Positions 29,902 through 39,306 of a DNA stretch of 64,000 nucleotides are shown piece by piece (the first letter of the stretch is position 1; the number at the start of each line of letters is the position of its first letter). A program made the position numbers and the translations under genes. This stretch comes from Bacilli bacterium (GTDB lineage Bacteria; Bacillota_I; Bacilli_A; JBKEDG01): positions 6,777 to 70,776 of the forward strand of contig JBKEDG010000011.1 of NCBI GenBank assembly GCA_047975285.1, read 5' to 3'. The notes under the pieces are model-generated. The model was not told where the DNA came from, made no database searches, and was given only the letters and a program-made list of their open reading frames with translations.

Positions 29902-31701
29902 ATGAATCAAGAAAATATAAGAAATTTCTCAATAATAGCCCATATCGACCATGGGAAAAGTACTCTTGCTGATCGAATCCTAGAATTTACAGGAAGTGTT
30001 TCTTCACGTGAGTCTAAGGCACAAATCTTGGATTCAATGGATATTGAACGTGAGCGGGGAATAACAATAAAATTGAATGCAGTACAACTAGAATATGTTG
30101 CTAAGAATGGTGAAAAATATTTATTACATTTAATTGATACTCCAGGTCACGTTGACTTTACATATGAAGTTAGTAGAAGTTTAGCCGCTTGTGAGGGTTG
30201 TATACTTGTTGTAGATGCGGCACAAGGAATTGAAGCTCAGACACTTGCTAATGTGTATTTGGCATACGACAATAACTTAGAAATAGTTCCAGTAATTAAT
30301 AAGATTGATTTACCAGCCGCAGAACCAGAACGAGTTAAAGAAGAGATTGAAAATGTTTTAGCAATTGAAGCAGAAGATGCCGTGCTTGCTAGCGCAAAGG
30401 CTGGGATTGGAATTGAAGATATTTTAGAGCAAATTGTTACTAAAATTCCAGCGCCAACTGGAAGTGTGGACGAACCATTACAAGCACTTATTTTTGATAA
30501 TTACTTTGACCCATATCGTGGAGTTATTGCAAGTGTAAGAATAAGAAATGGTAGCGTAAAAAAAGGGGACAAAATTAAAATGATGGCAACTGGTGCTGAG
30601 TATGAAGTTGTTAGTGTTGGAGTATATACACCGTTTGAAAAAGAAAAATCTGAACTTGTTTGTGGCGAAGTAGGATTTATTACTGCAAGTATTAAATCTA
30701 TTGATACTACAAGAGTTGGAGATACAATCACTCATGTAAATAATCAGGCAAAAATGCCATTAGAAGGGTATCGGAAAATGAATCCGATGGTTTTTTCTGG
30801 TTTATATCCTATTGATTCATCTCAATATGTTGACTTAAGAGAAGCCTTAGAAAAATTAAACTTAAATGACGCTGCATTAGAGTTTGAACCAGAAAGTTCA
30901 CAAGCACTTGGATTTGGATTTAGATGTGGATTTTTGGGACTTTTGCACATGGAAATTATTCAAGAACGAATTGAACGAGAATTTAATATCCCAATTATTA
31001 CTACTGCACCATCGGTTGTATATCATGTTCACACTACAGATGGGAATATGCTTGAGGTTGCAAACCCATCAATGATGCCGGAGGTGCAAAGAATAGATCG
31101 TGTTGAAGAACCGACAGTTAATGCTACAATCATTGTTCCTAACGATTATGTAGGTAGTGTTATGGAGCTCTGTCAACAAAAACGTGGGGAATTTAAAAAT
31201 TTATCTTATATTGACAAGACTCGTGTAGAAATTTTATACAATATGCCACTTGGAGAAATTGTTTTTGACTTCTTTGATAAATTGAAATCAAGTACGAGGG
31301 GATATGCTTCGTTTGATTATTCACTAAATAAATATAAACAATCAAAGTTAAGTAAGATGGAAATTTTATTAAATGGAGAAAGTGTTGATGCGCTAAGTTT
31401 GATTGTTCATAAAGACTTTGCTTATACAAGAGGAAAAGCAATTACTGAAAAGTTATAAGAAATTATTCCAAGGCAACAATTTGAAGTTCCAATTCAAGCA
31501 ACAATTGGTAATAAAGTTATTGCAAGAAGCACTATCAAAGCGCTTAGAAAAAATGTTATTGCTAAGTGTTACGGTGGGGATGTTTCTAGAAAGAAAAAGT
31601 TATTACAAAAGCAAAAAGAAGGAAAAAAACGTATGAAAGCTGTAGGAAGTGTTGAAGTTCCACAAGAAGCGTTTTTAGCTGTACTAAGTGTCGACGAATA
31701 G
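29902..31701 (+). pseudogene. lepA: Elongation factor 4 (LepA), full length (600 codons) but with one in-frame TAA at 31456-31458
   Basis: G1-G4 motifs are present ([18 protein letters not shown]). After EKL-TAA the same frame continues [76 protein letters not shown], which is the canonical LepA C-terminus. It ends at TAG 31699-31701, overlapped by the hemW start. Confidence 0.85.
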
Positions 31702-32770
31702 TGTCTATGTTCACATCCCTTTTTGTGATAAATTATGTAATTATTGTGATTTTACTAAAGTATTAAACTACAGTAAATTTGTAGATAAGTATTTAGATGC
31801 TCTTGAAAATGAAATGAAATCAGTCTATCTTGGTGAAAAAATTAGGACTATTTATATTGGCGGAGGTACACCTTCATGTTTAACCATCACTGAGTTAGAA
31901 CGTTTATTTAAAATATTAAACTTACTAAATATTGAGGATGATTATGAATTTACTTTTGAAATGAATATAGAAAGTACAACATTAGAAAAATTACAATTTT
32001 TAAAAGATCAAGGAGTTAATAGATTATCATTGGGGGTGCAGACCTTTAATGATAAGTTGTTAAAAATCATTAATCGTTCTCATCATCAATTGGAAGTGGG
32101 AAGAGTTATTGCAAGCGCAAAGCAAGTAGGGTTTTCTAATATTAGTATTGATTTAATGTTCAACTTACCTAGTCAAACTGAAAGTGATTTAGAAAGTGAT
32201 TTAAACTATTTTTTGGACTTAGAGCTAAGTCATATTTCAATCTATTCATTAATATTGGAAGAAAAAACAATTTTTTATAAAAATAGTGTAGCGGTAGATT
32301 ATGACATGTTTGAACTTTGGTACTATAAAATTAAAACATGCTTAGAAAATCATAATTATATTCATTACGAAACAAGTAGTTTTTGTAAAAAAGGGTTTGA
32401 ATCAAAACACAACTTAGTGTACTGGGAATGTGAAAATTATTATGGGTTTGGACTTGGGAGTAGTAGTTATATTGATAATATCAGAAGTCAAAACACGACT
32501 TCAATTACGCTATATAACAGAATGAATTATGATAGAGAAAGTGATGTATTGACAAAACTTGATCAAATGCAAGAATATATGTTTTTAGGGTTGAGAAAAA
32601 CAAAAGGAGTATGTTTTAGTAAGTTTTATGATAGGTTTAATGAAGAAATAAGTTCGGTGTTTGATTTAGAAAAGATTGACAGTAATTTGATAGAAATAAC
32701 TAGTGACTACATTAAACTTTCCAATGGTGGACTGGTAGTTGCAAACGACGTGCTAATAAACTTTGTGTAA
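31688..32770 (+). CDS. hemW: Radical SAM heme chaperone HemW (HemN-like)
   Basis: [17 protein letters not shown] radical-SAM cluster motif and the GGGTPS motif. It follows lepA as in most Firmicutes. Confidence 0.85.
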   Translation: MSTNSVYVHIPFCDKLCNYCDFTKVLNYSKFVDKYLDALENEMKSVYLGEKIRTIYIGGGTPSCLTITELERLFKILNLLNIEDDYEFTFEMNIESTTLEKLQFLKDQGVNRLSLGVQTFNDKLLKIINRSHHQLEVGRVIASAKQVGFSNISIDLMFNLPSQTESDLESDLNYFLDLELSHISIYSLILEEKTIFYKNSVAVDYDMFELWYYKIKTCLENHNYIHYETSSFCKKGFESKHNLVYWECENYYGFGLGSSSYIDNIRSQNTTSITLYNRMNYDRESDVLTKLDQMQEYMFLGLRKTKGVCFSKFYDRFNEEISSVFDLEKIDSNLIEITSDYIKLSNGGLVVANDVLINFV

Positions 32771-32785
32771 ATGGTAGGTGAGATT

Positions 32786-33268
32786 ATGAAAAAAACTAAA
32801 GCAAGAAAACTATGTTTTATAGAACTTTCAAATATTACAAATAAGGGGATGAGAGATTTAGTAATAAGTGAAAAGCTAAATAAGGAATTATCAAAATATA
32901 AAAATATTGGTGTGTATATGCCAATAAGAAATGAATGTGTATTAAATTTGGATAGTAACTTTACACTTTGTTATCCAAGAGTTATTGGAAAGGAAATGAA
33001 ATATTTTGATGATAGTATGGGGTTTGAAACCAGTAAATTTGGAATCAAAGAGCCCATTAGTGATGATGAAATTATTCCAGATATTATTATTGCACCATGT
33101 GTTGGGTTCTTTGAAAACTATCGTTTGGGATATGGTGGGGGATTTTATGACCGTTACTTATCTAAACATCAAATAAAGACGATTGGAATAGCATATAAAG
33201 AAACAAAATTAAATAGCCTTGAATTTAATGATTATGATATTTGTTTAAGTGAAATAATAGAAATATAG
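32786..33268 (+). CDS. 5-formyltetrahydrofolate cyclo-ligase
   Basis: 160 aa, with C-terminal GYGGGFYDRYL. Confidence 0.75.
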   Translation: MKKTKARKLCFIELSNITNKGMRDLVISEKLNKELSKYKNIGVYMPIRNECVLNLDSNFTLCYPRVIGKEMKYFDDSMGFETSKFGIKEPISDDEIIPDIIIAPCVGFFENYRLGYGGGFYDRYLSKHQIKTIGIAYKETKLNSLEFNDYDICLSEIIEI

Positions 33269-33275
33269 GTGTAGA

Positions 33276-33734
33276 ATGGAAGAGATTATTATTGAATATT
33301 ATGTACTTAGTTGTGGTATTATTGGACTAGTGTTAGCTCAACTGTTAAAACCATTGTTTGGTATTGTTAAATTCAGAAAGTTTCAAATAAGTTTGATTGG
33401 AGCTAGTGGATGCTTTCCAAGTTCGCATACATCATTTATAATTGCTACTACTTTAGCAATTGGGATTAAAGATGGTTTTACATCATCAGCATTTGCTCTT
33501 GGAGTTGTAATTAGTTTAGTTATAATGTATGATGCCATGAATGTTAGATACTATGCTGGAAAAAACATTGAACTAACTAAGCAAATAATTAGAGATTTAA
33601 AAAAACAGGAGTTTAAATTAGATAATCCGATCTATATCAATAATTTAAAAGAGATTTTAGGTCATGAAAGATTAGAGGTATTAGGGGGATTTATTTTAGG
33701 AATTATCATCCCCTATTTTATATTAAAGATGTAA
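33276..33734 (+). CDS. Divergent PAP2 (DUF212, YuiD-like) membrane protein
   Basis: 152 aa with 4 TM helices and the FPSSHTSF motif. Confidence 0.7.
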   Translation: MEEIIIEYYVLSCGIIGLVLAQLLKPLFGIVKFRKFQISLIGASGCFPSSHTSFIIATTLAIGIKDGFTSSAFALGVVISLVIMYDAMNVRYYAGKNIELTKQIIRDLKKQEFKLDNPIYINNLKEILGHERLEVLGGFILGIIIPYFILKM

Positions 33735-33744
33735 GGAGACAATT

Positions 33745-34281
33745 ATGGCAAGAATTAAAATAATGCAAGATCATGAAGTGGATAGTGACACGTTAGAAAT
33801 ATTAGAATCATATAAAAATAAGACTGGAATAAATCATACAGTATATCGAGTAATGGCTAATAAACCAGAATTACTAAAAGCGTTTATGAATTATACTTCT
33901 ACAATTAGAATTACTTCTACATTAGAAAATGGACTAGAAGAACTATTGATGTATTTTGTTGCCAATATCAATAAATGTGATTACTGAGCAAAGGCAAGAA
34001 TTGTTTCGGGTAAACAAAAAAATATGGATATAGATAAATTTACATATATATATGACTATAAAAACCAATCTGATATTTATACAAAATCAGAAATGGCTGT
34101 TTTGAATTTTGTGTCAAAAGCGGTTGAAAATTCAATGAGTGTTAATGATTGTGATGTAGTAGAACTAAAAGAATATTATAGTGATGCACAAATAATTGAG
34201 ATATTATTTTTTATTAGTTATATGCTAACAACAAATACTATAATTAATAGTTTGAACATTGAGACTCCTAAGGAACTATAA
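33745..34281 (+). pseudogene. Carboxymuconolactone decarboxylase / AhpD-like protein with in-frame TGA at the second Cys of its CxxC motif (pseudogene or selenoprotein candidate)
   Basis: The two track ORFs (33745..33987 and 34024..34281) are in the same frame, separated only by TGA 33985-33987. The sequence reads ...LLMYFVANINKCDY-TGA-AKAR... where the CMD family has C-x-Y-C. Confidence 0.7.
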
Positions 34282-34311
34282 AACAATTTAATGAAATATT
34301 AATGTATTACA

Positions 34312-34340
34312 CAAAATCACTTGACATAGTGATTTTTTTG
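34312..34340 (+). terminator. Rho-independent terminator after the CMD gene, overlapping a TTGACA/TACAAT promoter for the hsd locus
   Basis: Stem aaaatcact/agtgatttt with loop tgacat, followed by T7. TTGACA (34321-34326), a 17-nt spacer, then TACAAT. Confidence 0.65.
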
Positions 34341-34389
34341 CTATACAATGGACTTGCCTTAAGATGAATGAATAGAAAGGATAATAGAA

Positions 34390-34947
34390 ATGAAAAAGAA
34401 AATTAGAGAAATTGCAAAACTTTCAAGAGGTGTAAATACAACACGTTTTAGAAGTAATAATGAGGATGGAGTTGAACTATATGATCAACAATCATTCAAC
34501 TATGATAGTGAATTTTATGAAGAACATAATGTAGTATCTAACAAACAAATTGAAGATGATAAATATTTAAATAAAGGTGATATAGTAATAAGTAATTTAA
34601 CTCAAAAAGCAGTAATAGTTAGTTCAACAAACCAAGGAAAAATTATTACTGCTAACTTTACTAAGGTTGAATTAAAAATTAATCTGAATAAAGGATATTT
34701 TATCTATTTGTACAATAACAGTAGTAATGTCCAAAAACAGAAGCAACAAAATACTCTAGATTCAGGAGTTATTCAAATATTAAATAATAAGTCTATGGAA
34801 AATATAGAAATAGATATTGTAGATGAAGAGTTACAAGAACAAATAGGAGTTGCTTATTTAACAACTAGAAAATTAATGACTAATTTAAATAAATCGGCAG
34901 AATTAGTAGAAAAATTAACAAATACTATTATAGAAAATAAAATTTGA
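34390..34947 (+). CDS. Half-size Type I restriction specificity subunit (single TRD + one helical conserved region)
   Basis: 185 aa. TRD-like layout (IREIAKLSRG...GDIVISNLTQKAVIVS...ITANFTKVEL...GYFIYLYNNS), then a helical tail (EELQEQIGVAYLTTRKLMTNLNKSAELVEKL). It lies immediately upstream of hsdR. Confidence 0.55.
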   Translation: MKKKIREIAKLSRGVNTTRFRSNNEDGVELYDQQSFNYDSEFYEEHNVVSNKQIEDDKYLNKGDIVISNLTQKAVIVSSTNQGKIITANFTKVELKINLNKGYFIYLYNNSSNVQKQKQQNTLDSGVIQILNNKSMENIEIDIVDEELQEQIGVAYLTTRKLMTNLNKSAELVEKLTNTIIENKI

Positions 34948-34973
34948 GGATATTAAACAAATATTAGAGGGGA

Positions 34974-37900
34974 GTGGAGTATATGAAGCCGAGAAAAAGT
35001 GAGTTAAAATTTGAAAAAGAATTAATTGCTTATTTAGAAAACTTAGGAGGAGTAAAGCAATGGGAATATTTACCTAATGTTAAAACTACAAATGGGTTAT
35101 GGAGGAATTTTAAGAAGATATTAGAAAGTAATAACAAACACACTTTGGATAAAGAACTTTCAGTCACAGAATTTAATCAAGTTATAAAAAGGGTTACAGA
35201 CTTAAAAACACCATTTGAAGCGGGGCAATTTCTTTATGGAGTTAACGGTGTATCTGAAATTGAAATTGATTTAGATAATGGTAAGCATATTTTTCTTAAA
35301 GTTTTTAATCAAGCAAATATAGGTGCTGGCTCTACAGTGTATCAAATAGTTAATCAAATAGAGCGAAAGAAAATAATTGATGGCAAACCTAATCGTCGTT
35401 TTGATGTTACGTTATTAATTAATGGTTTACCGATTATTCAAATTGAATTAAAAACTGTAGGTCATAGTGTTAATGAGTCGTTTAATCAGATGAAGCAATA
35501 CATTTCAGAGAAGCAGTTTGATGACATTTATTCTACCTTACAGATATTGGTTGGTATGACGCCTAATGAGATTAAATATATGGCTAATGCAAAACTAAAT
35601 GATTTTAGTAGAGATTTTGCATTTGATTGGCAGTCTGAACATAAAATAGTTAATTCTTGGAGAAAATTCTCTGATGAAGTATTATCAATTCCCATGGCAC
35701 ATAATTTAGCAACTAGATATATGGTATTAGATGGGACAAAGAATAAAGAGAGTATTAAGGTGATGAGACCTTATCAAGTTAGGGCAACCAAAAATGCATT
35801 GGATAAAATAAACAAACATGATTTTAAACATGATGGTAAATTAGGATATATTTGGCATACAACTGGTAGTGGGAAAACTATCACCAGCTTTAAAACAGCT
35901 TGGTTAGCAAGTAAGATGTCGCATGTTGATAAAGTAGTCTTTCTAGTTGATAGAATAGCTTTAACTAATCAGACTAGTGATGCTTATAGGGCCTATGATC
36001 CAATTATTAGTAATAATGGAGTAGTGGTAGATACTGCAAATGTTTCGGATCTAATTGATAAATTAAAAAGTAAAAGTGATAAGAATATTATTGTAACAAG
36101 CATTCAAAAAATGTCTCGTTGTGTTGACAGAATGGATTGTGATAGTTTAAAAAAGAATATTTTATTTATCGTTGATGAAGCCCATAGATCAACTAGTGGA
36201 GAAAAAGAAACAGAAGGAATGTTTGCCCGTATTAGAAATAAAATTCCTACATCAGCTTGGGTTGGATATACTGGAACACCTAATTTTAAAAAGAACAAAA
36301 TTACAACAGAAGCTATTTTTGGTGAATTACTACATGCATATACGATAAAAGAGGCAATAGTAGATAATAATGTCTTAGGATTTAATGTTGAATTTAAGGA
36401 AACTATTAAAGCTCCTAAAGATCCAAGTGCAGAAGATATTGATGATAACATGAAAGCAAGTGTTTATGATAATCATCCTGATCATGTCAATTTGGTAGTA
36501 AAAGATATTTTTAAAAATTGGCAGACTCGATCAAGCAATTATAAGTACAATGCTCTATTAACAGTGCATGTAGGAGGGGGGAAAGCCTCTACTCCAAGAG
36601 CAATGGAATATTATTATAAAATGTTAGAAGAAAATCAAAAATATCCAGATGATAAACAAATCAAAGTAGCTGTCAGTTTCTCTATGGATACATCCAATAG
36701 AGATAATCAGCTGTCTACAAACAAGAATTTAGAAAAGGCTATCAAGCAATATAATCAACAATTTAATACCAATTATGATTTAACTACGACTAAGGAGTAT
36801 AAAGAAGACTTGGTTAGACGCTTAAATAAAACAAGTGATGATCAAAACTATTTAGACTTAGTTATCGTGGTTGATCAATTGTTAACTGGTTTTGATGCTC
36901 CACAGTTGAACACCTTATATGTTGATAGAACTCTAAAGGGTGGTAACTTAATTCAAGCATATTCTCGAACTAATAGAATCCATAATAATATTTACAAACC
37001 ACATGGTAATATTATTAACTATCGCTGGCCAACTCAAAATGAAGAAGAAATGAATGATTCATTAGCGATTTATTCAGATATTAGCTCCGCTGACAAACAA
37101 TTATCATTAATAGAAAGTGGTATATTGATTAAAAATTTCAAAGAAGTAAAAGAAAATGCTAAAGAAATTGTCGAAAATCTATCTAAATTAACAGATGAAT
37201 TTACAAAAGTTCCAGATAGTGAAAGAGAGCAAAAAGAAGTATACGAGCAACTTAAAAAATACAATGCAATAATCAATAAGTTAAAACAATATAGTGAAGA
37301 TGAACATGGTGAACCAATATCTGCTTATGATGATCGTGAAGGTTTCTATAAGATTATTGGGATAGGTGAGGAAGAAGAAATTTATTTAACTACAGTAATC
37401 GCAAATAGAATTAAAGAAAAAATTTCAGAAGATGAAGATATAGATATTTCTCAAGTAGATCTGCAAATGGAACACATTAGTGAAGTAAGAATTAACTATG
37501 ATTATTTAAGTGAGTTAATTAAGAAAATGGCCAATAGTATCCATGACAACAAAACAAAAGAAGTAGAAACAATTAAAAAAGAAATTGAAAAAGAAATTGA
37601 AAAATCTGATAACTTTAATTTGAAGACAAAAATATCTAATTTCATTGAAAAAATAATAAGTGGTAAATATACATTTGAGTCATATCCAGTAAATGAAGCT
37701 AAAGAAAATATCTATCAAACAATTTATCAAGAACACACTAATGATAATATGAAACAAATCGAAAAATTTATTAAACAATGGGATTTAGCTATAAATGTTG
37801 ATTTATTATATAAACTTATTAGTAAACATCGCTATGGCAATAGAGAAGATCTAAATAAGCAAGATGAATTAAATGAGCTAATCAATCACTCAAAAAACAA

Positions 37901-38012
37901 TTTTCAAAGTTCAACAGGTGAAAACCTTAAGAAATTAACTTGGATTCAATATCGAATTAAAGTTAGAGAATCAATGTATGAACTTGCTGATAAAATTAAA
38001 AAAGAAGAGTAA
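34974..38012 (+). CDS. hsdR: Type I restriction enzyme R subunit
   Basis: About 1010 aa. N-terminal PD-(D/E)xK nuclease (RFDVTLLINGLPIIQIELK). SF2 motor (HTTGSGKT, FIVDEAHRS, GYTGTP, LLTGFDAP, QAYSRTNR). Helical C-terminal domain. The likely start is ATG 34983. Confidence 0.9.
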   Translation: MEYMKPRKSELKFEKELIAYLENLGGVKQWEYLPNVKTTNGLWRNFKKILESNNKHTLDKELSVTEFNQVIKRVTDLKTPFEAGQFLYGVNGVSEIEIDLDNGKHIFLKVFNQANIGAGSTVYQIVNQIERKKIIDGKPNRRFDVTLLINGLPIIQIELKTVGHSVNESFNQMKQYISEKQFDDIYSTLQILVGMTPNEIKYMANAKLNDFSRDFAFDWQSEHKIVNSWRKFSDEVLSIPMAHNLATRYMVLDGTKNKESIKVMRPYQVRATKNALDKINKHDFKHDGKLGYIWHTTGSGKTITSFKTAWLASKMSHVDKVVFLVDRIALTNQTSDAYRAYDPIISNNGVVVDTANVSDLIDKLKSKSDKNIIVTSIQKMSRCVDRMDCDSLKKNILFIVDEAHRSTSGEKETEGMFARIRNKIPTSAWVGYTGTPNFKKNKITTEAIFGELLHAYTIKEAIVDNNVLGFNVEFKETIKAPKDPSAEDIDDNMKASVYDNHPDHVNLVVKDIFKNWQTRSSNYKYNALLTVHVGGGKASTPRAMEYYYKMLEENQKYPDDKQIKVAVSFSMDTSNRDNQLSTNKNLEKAIKQYNQQFNTNYDLTTTKEYKEDLVRRLNKTSDDQNYLDLVIVVDQLLTGFDAPQLNTLYVDRTLKGGNLIQAYSRTNRIHNNIYKPHGNIINYRWPTQNEEEMNDSLAIYSDISSADKQLSLIESGILIKNFKEVKENAKEIVENLSKLTDEFTKVPDSEREQKEVYEQLKKYNAIINKLKQYSEDEHGEPISAYDDREGFYKIIGIGEEEEIYLTTVIANRIKEKISEDEDIDISQVDLQMEHISEVRINYDYLSELIKKMANSIHDNKTKEVETIKKEIEKEIEKSDNFNLKTKISNFIEKIISGKYTFESYPVNEAKENIYQTIYQEHTNDNMKQIEKFIKQWDLAINVDLLYKLISKHRYGNREDLNKQDELNELINHSKNNFQSSTGENLKKLTWIQYRIKVRESMYELADKIKKEE

Positions 38013-38073
38013 ATATGCAAGAGTGTAAAACAACTATTATTAAATTAGATAATTAAAAGGGGGGACAATTAAA

Positions 38074-39306
38074 ATGGAGGGAAATAACAACAAAAAACCA
38101 AAAATAAGATTCAAAGGATTTACTGACGCTTGGGAACAGTGTAGGTTGGAGGAAGTATTTATCAAGGGTGGATCTGGTGGTACTCCTAAATCTACGAACA
38201 AAGCATATTATGATGGAAAGATCCCGTTTTTAGGAATATCAGATATTTCAAAATCAAATGGATATATTTATAAAACTGAGAAATACATCACAGAAGAAGG
38301 TCTGAATAACTCATCTACTTGGATTGTTCCAACTGGTTCTATAAGTCTAGCTATGTATGCGTCTGTTGGTAAATTAGCTATATTAAATACTGATGTTACA
38401 ACATCACAAGCGTTTTATAATATGGTTTTTGATAATAATAATTTACGTGATTTTATTTATCATCGTTTAAGTAAATCGTACGACTCAGAAGAATGGAGAA
38501 AATTAGTTTCTACAGGTACGCAACCTAATTTAAATGCTGAAAAAGTTAAGAAATTTAAAATTTCTATCCCAACTAATAAAGTAGAAATTGCTATGATTTC
38601 GAACTTTTTTATGAAAACGGACAACCTTATCACCCTTCATCAGCGTAAGTGTGATAAACTTAAAGAATTGAAGAAAACTTTACTTTCAGAAATTTTTCCG
38701 AGAAATGGTGAAAACACACCTAATTTAAGATTTGGAGGATTTACTGACGCTTGGGAACAGCGGAGGCTGAGGGATATCCTAATAGAATTTAGTGAAAAAT
38801 CAAAAAAAGAAAATGAATATAAAGTTTTATCAAGTACAAATATAGGGATGGAACTTCGAGACGGCAGAGTATCTGGGCAATCTAATGTTGGATATAAAAT
38901 TATTGACAATGGTGATTTAGTGCTTTCTCCACAAAACTTATGGTTGGGTAACATAAACATAAACAACATCGGAAAAGGACTGGTTTCACCTAGTTACAAG
39001 ACTTTTAAGTTTAAAGACATAGATTCAAATTTCATTAAACCACAATTAAGAACCTCAAAAATGATGGAGAGTTATAAGAACGCGTCTACTCAAGGGGCGA
39101 GTGTTGTTAGAAGAAATCTTGACATTGATTTATTTCAACAGATAATTATTTTAATACCAACTCAACTTGAACAGCGTCGAATCGGAACCTTTTTCTGGGA
39201 TTTAGACAATCTCATCACCCTTCATCAGCGTATGCATCTTTTAAATTATATTAGTCTTGATAGAGATCTTATTATTAAATCAGTATCTTGGTTTTCTAGT
39301 TCATGA
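38074..39306 (+). CDS. hsdS: Type I restriction specificity subunit, expressed copy of an invertible shufflon
   Basis: Two TRDs, each preceded by GFTDAWEQ and followed by NLITLHQR. A 22-codon tail runs antisense into the recombinase gene. Confidence 0.9.
   Translation: MEGNNNKKPKIRFKGFTDAWEQCRLEEVFIKGGSGGTPKSTNKAYYDGKIPFLGISDISKSNGYIYKTEKYITEEGLNNSSTWIVPTGSISLAMYASVGKLAILNTDVTTSQAFYNMVFDNNNLRDFIYHRLSKSYDSEEWRKLVSTGTQPNLNAEKVKKFKISIPTNKVEIAMISNFFMKTDNLITLHQRKCDKLKELKKTLLSEIFPRNGENTPNLRFGGFTDAWEQRRLRDILIEFSEKSKKENEYKVLSSTNIGMELRDGRVSGQSNVGYKIIDNGDLVLSPQNLWLGNININNIGKGLVSPSYKTFKFKDIDSNFIKPQLRTSKMMESYKNASTQGASVVRRNLDIDLFQQIIILIPTQLEQRRIGTFFWDLDNLITLHQRMHLLNYISLDRDLIIKSVSWFSSS
38116..38139 (+). 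repeat. 24-nt direct repeat (GFTDAWEQ box), copy 1. An identical copy is at 38737-38760, and an inverted 16-nt copy at 40684-40699
   Basis: ggatttactgacgcttgggaacag occurs twice in hsdS. cgcttgggaacagtgt (38127-38142) is the exact reverse complement of 40684-40699. Confidence 0.9.
39205..39237 (+). repeat. 33-nt inverted repeat (LITLHQRMH box), left arm; the partner is at 40192-40224
   Basis: gacaatctcatcacccttcatcagcgtatgcat compared with the reverse complement of 40192-40224 gives 32 of 33 identical. A shorter copy is at ~38628-38647. Confidence 0.9.

Noticed and set aside
31403-31636. Track ORF of 77 aa downstream of the lepA stop.
   Set aside because: It is out of frame with lepA and has no motifs. 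The lepA frame itself encodes the conserved LepA C-terminus across this interval.
38059-38064. G6 run in the hsdS ribosome-binding region (aaaaggggggac) as a phase-variation tract.
   Set aside because: It is too short for efficient slippage and is simply a strong SD. The locus already has a recombinase-based switch.
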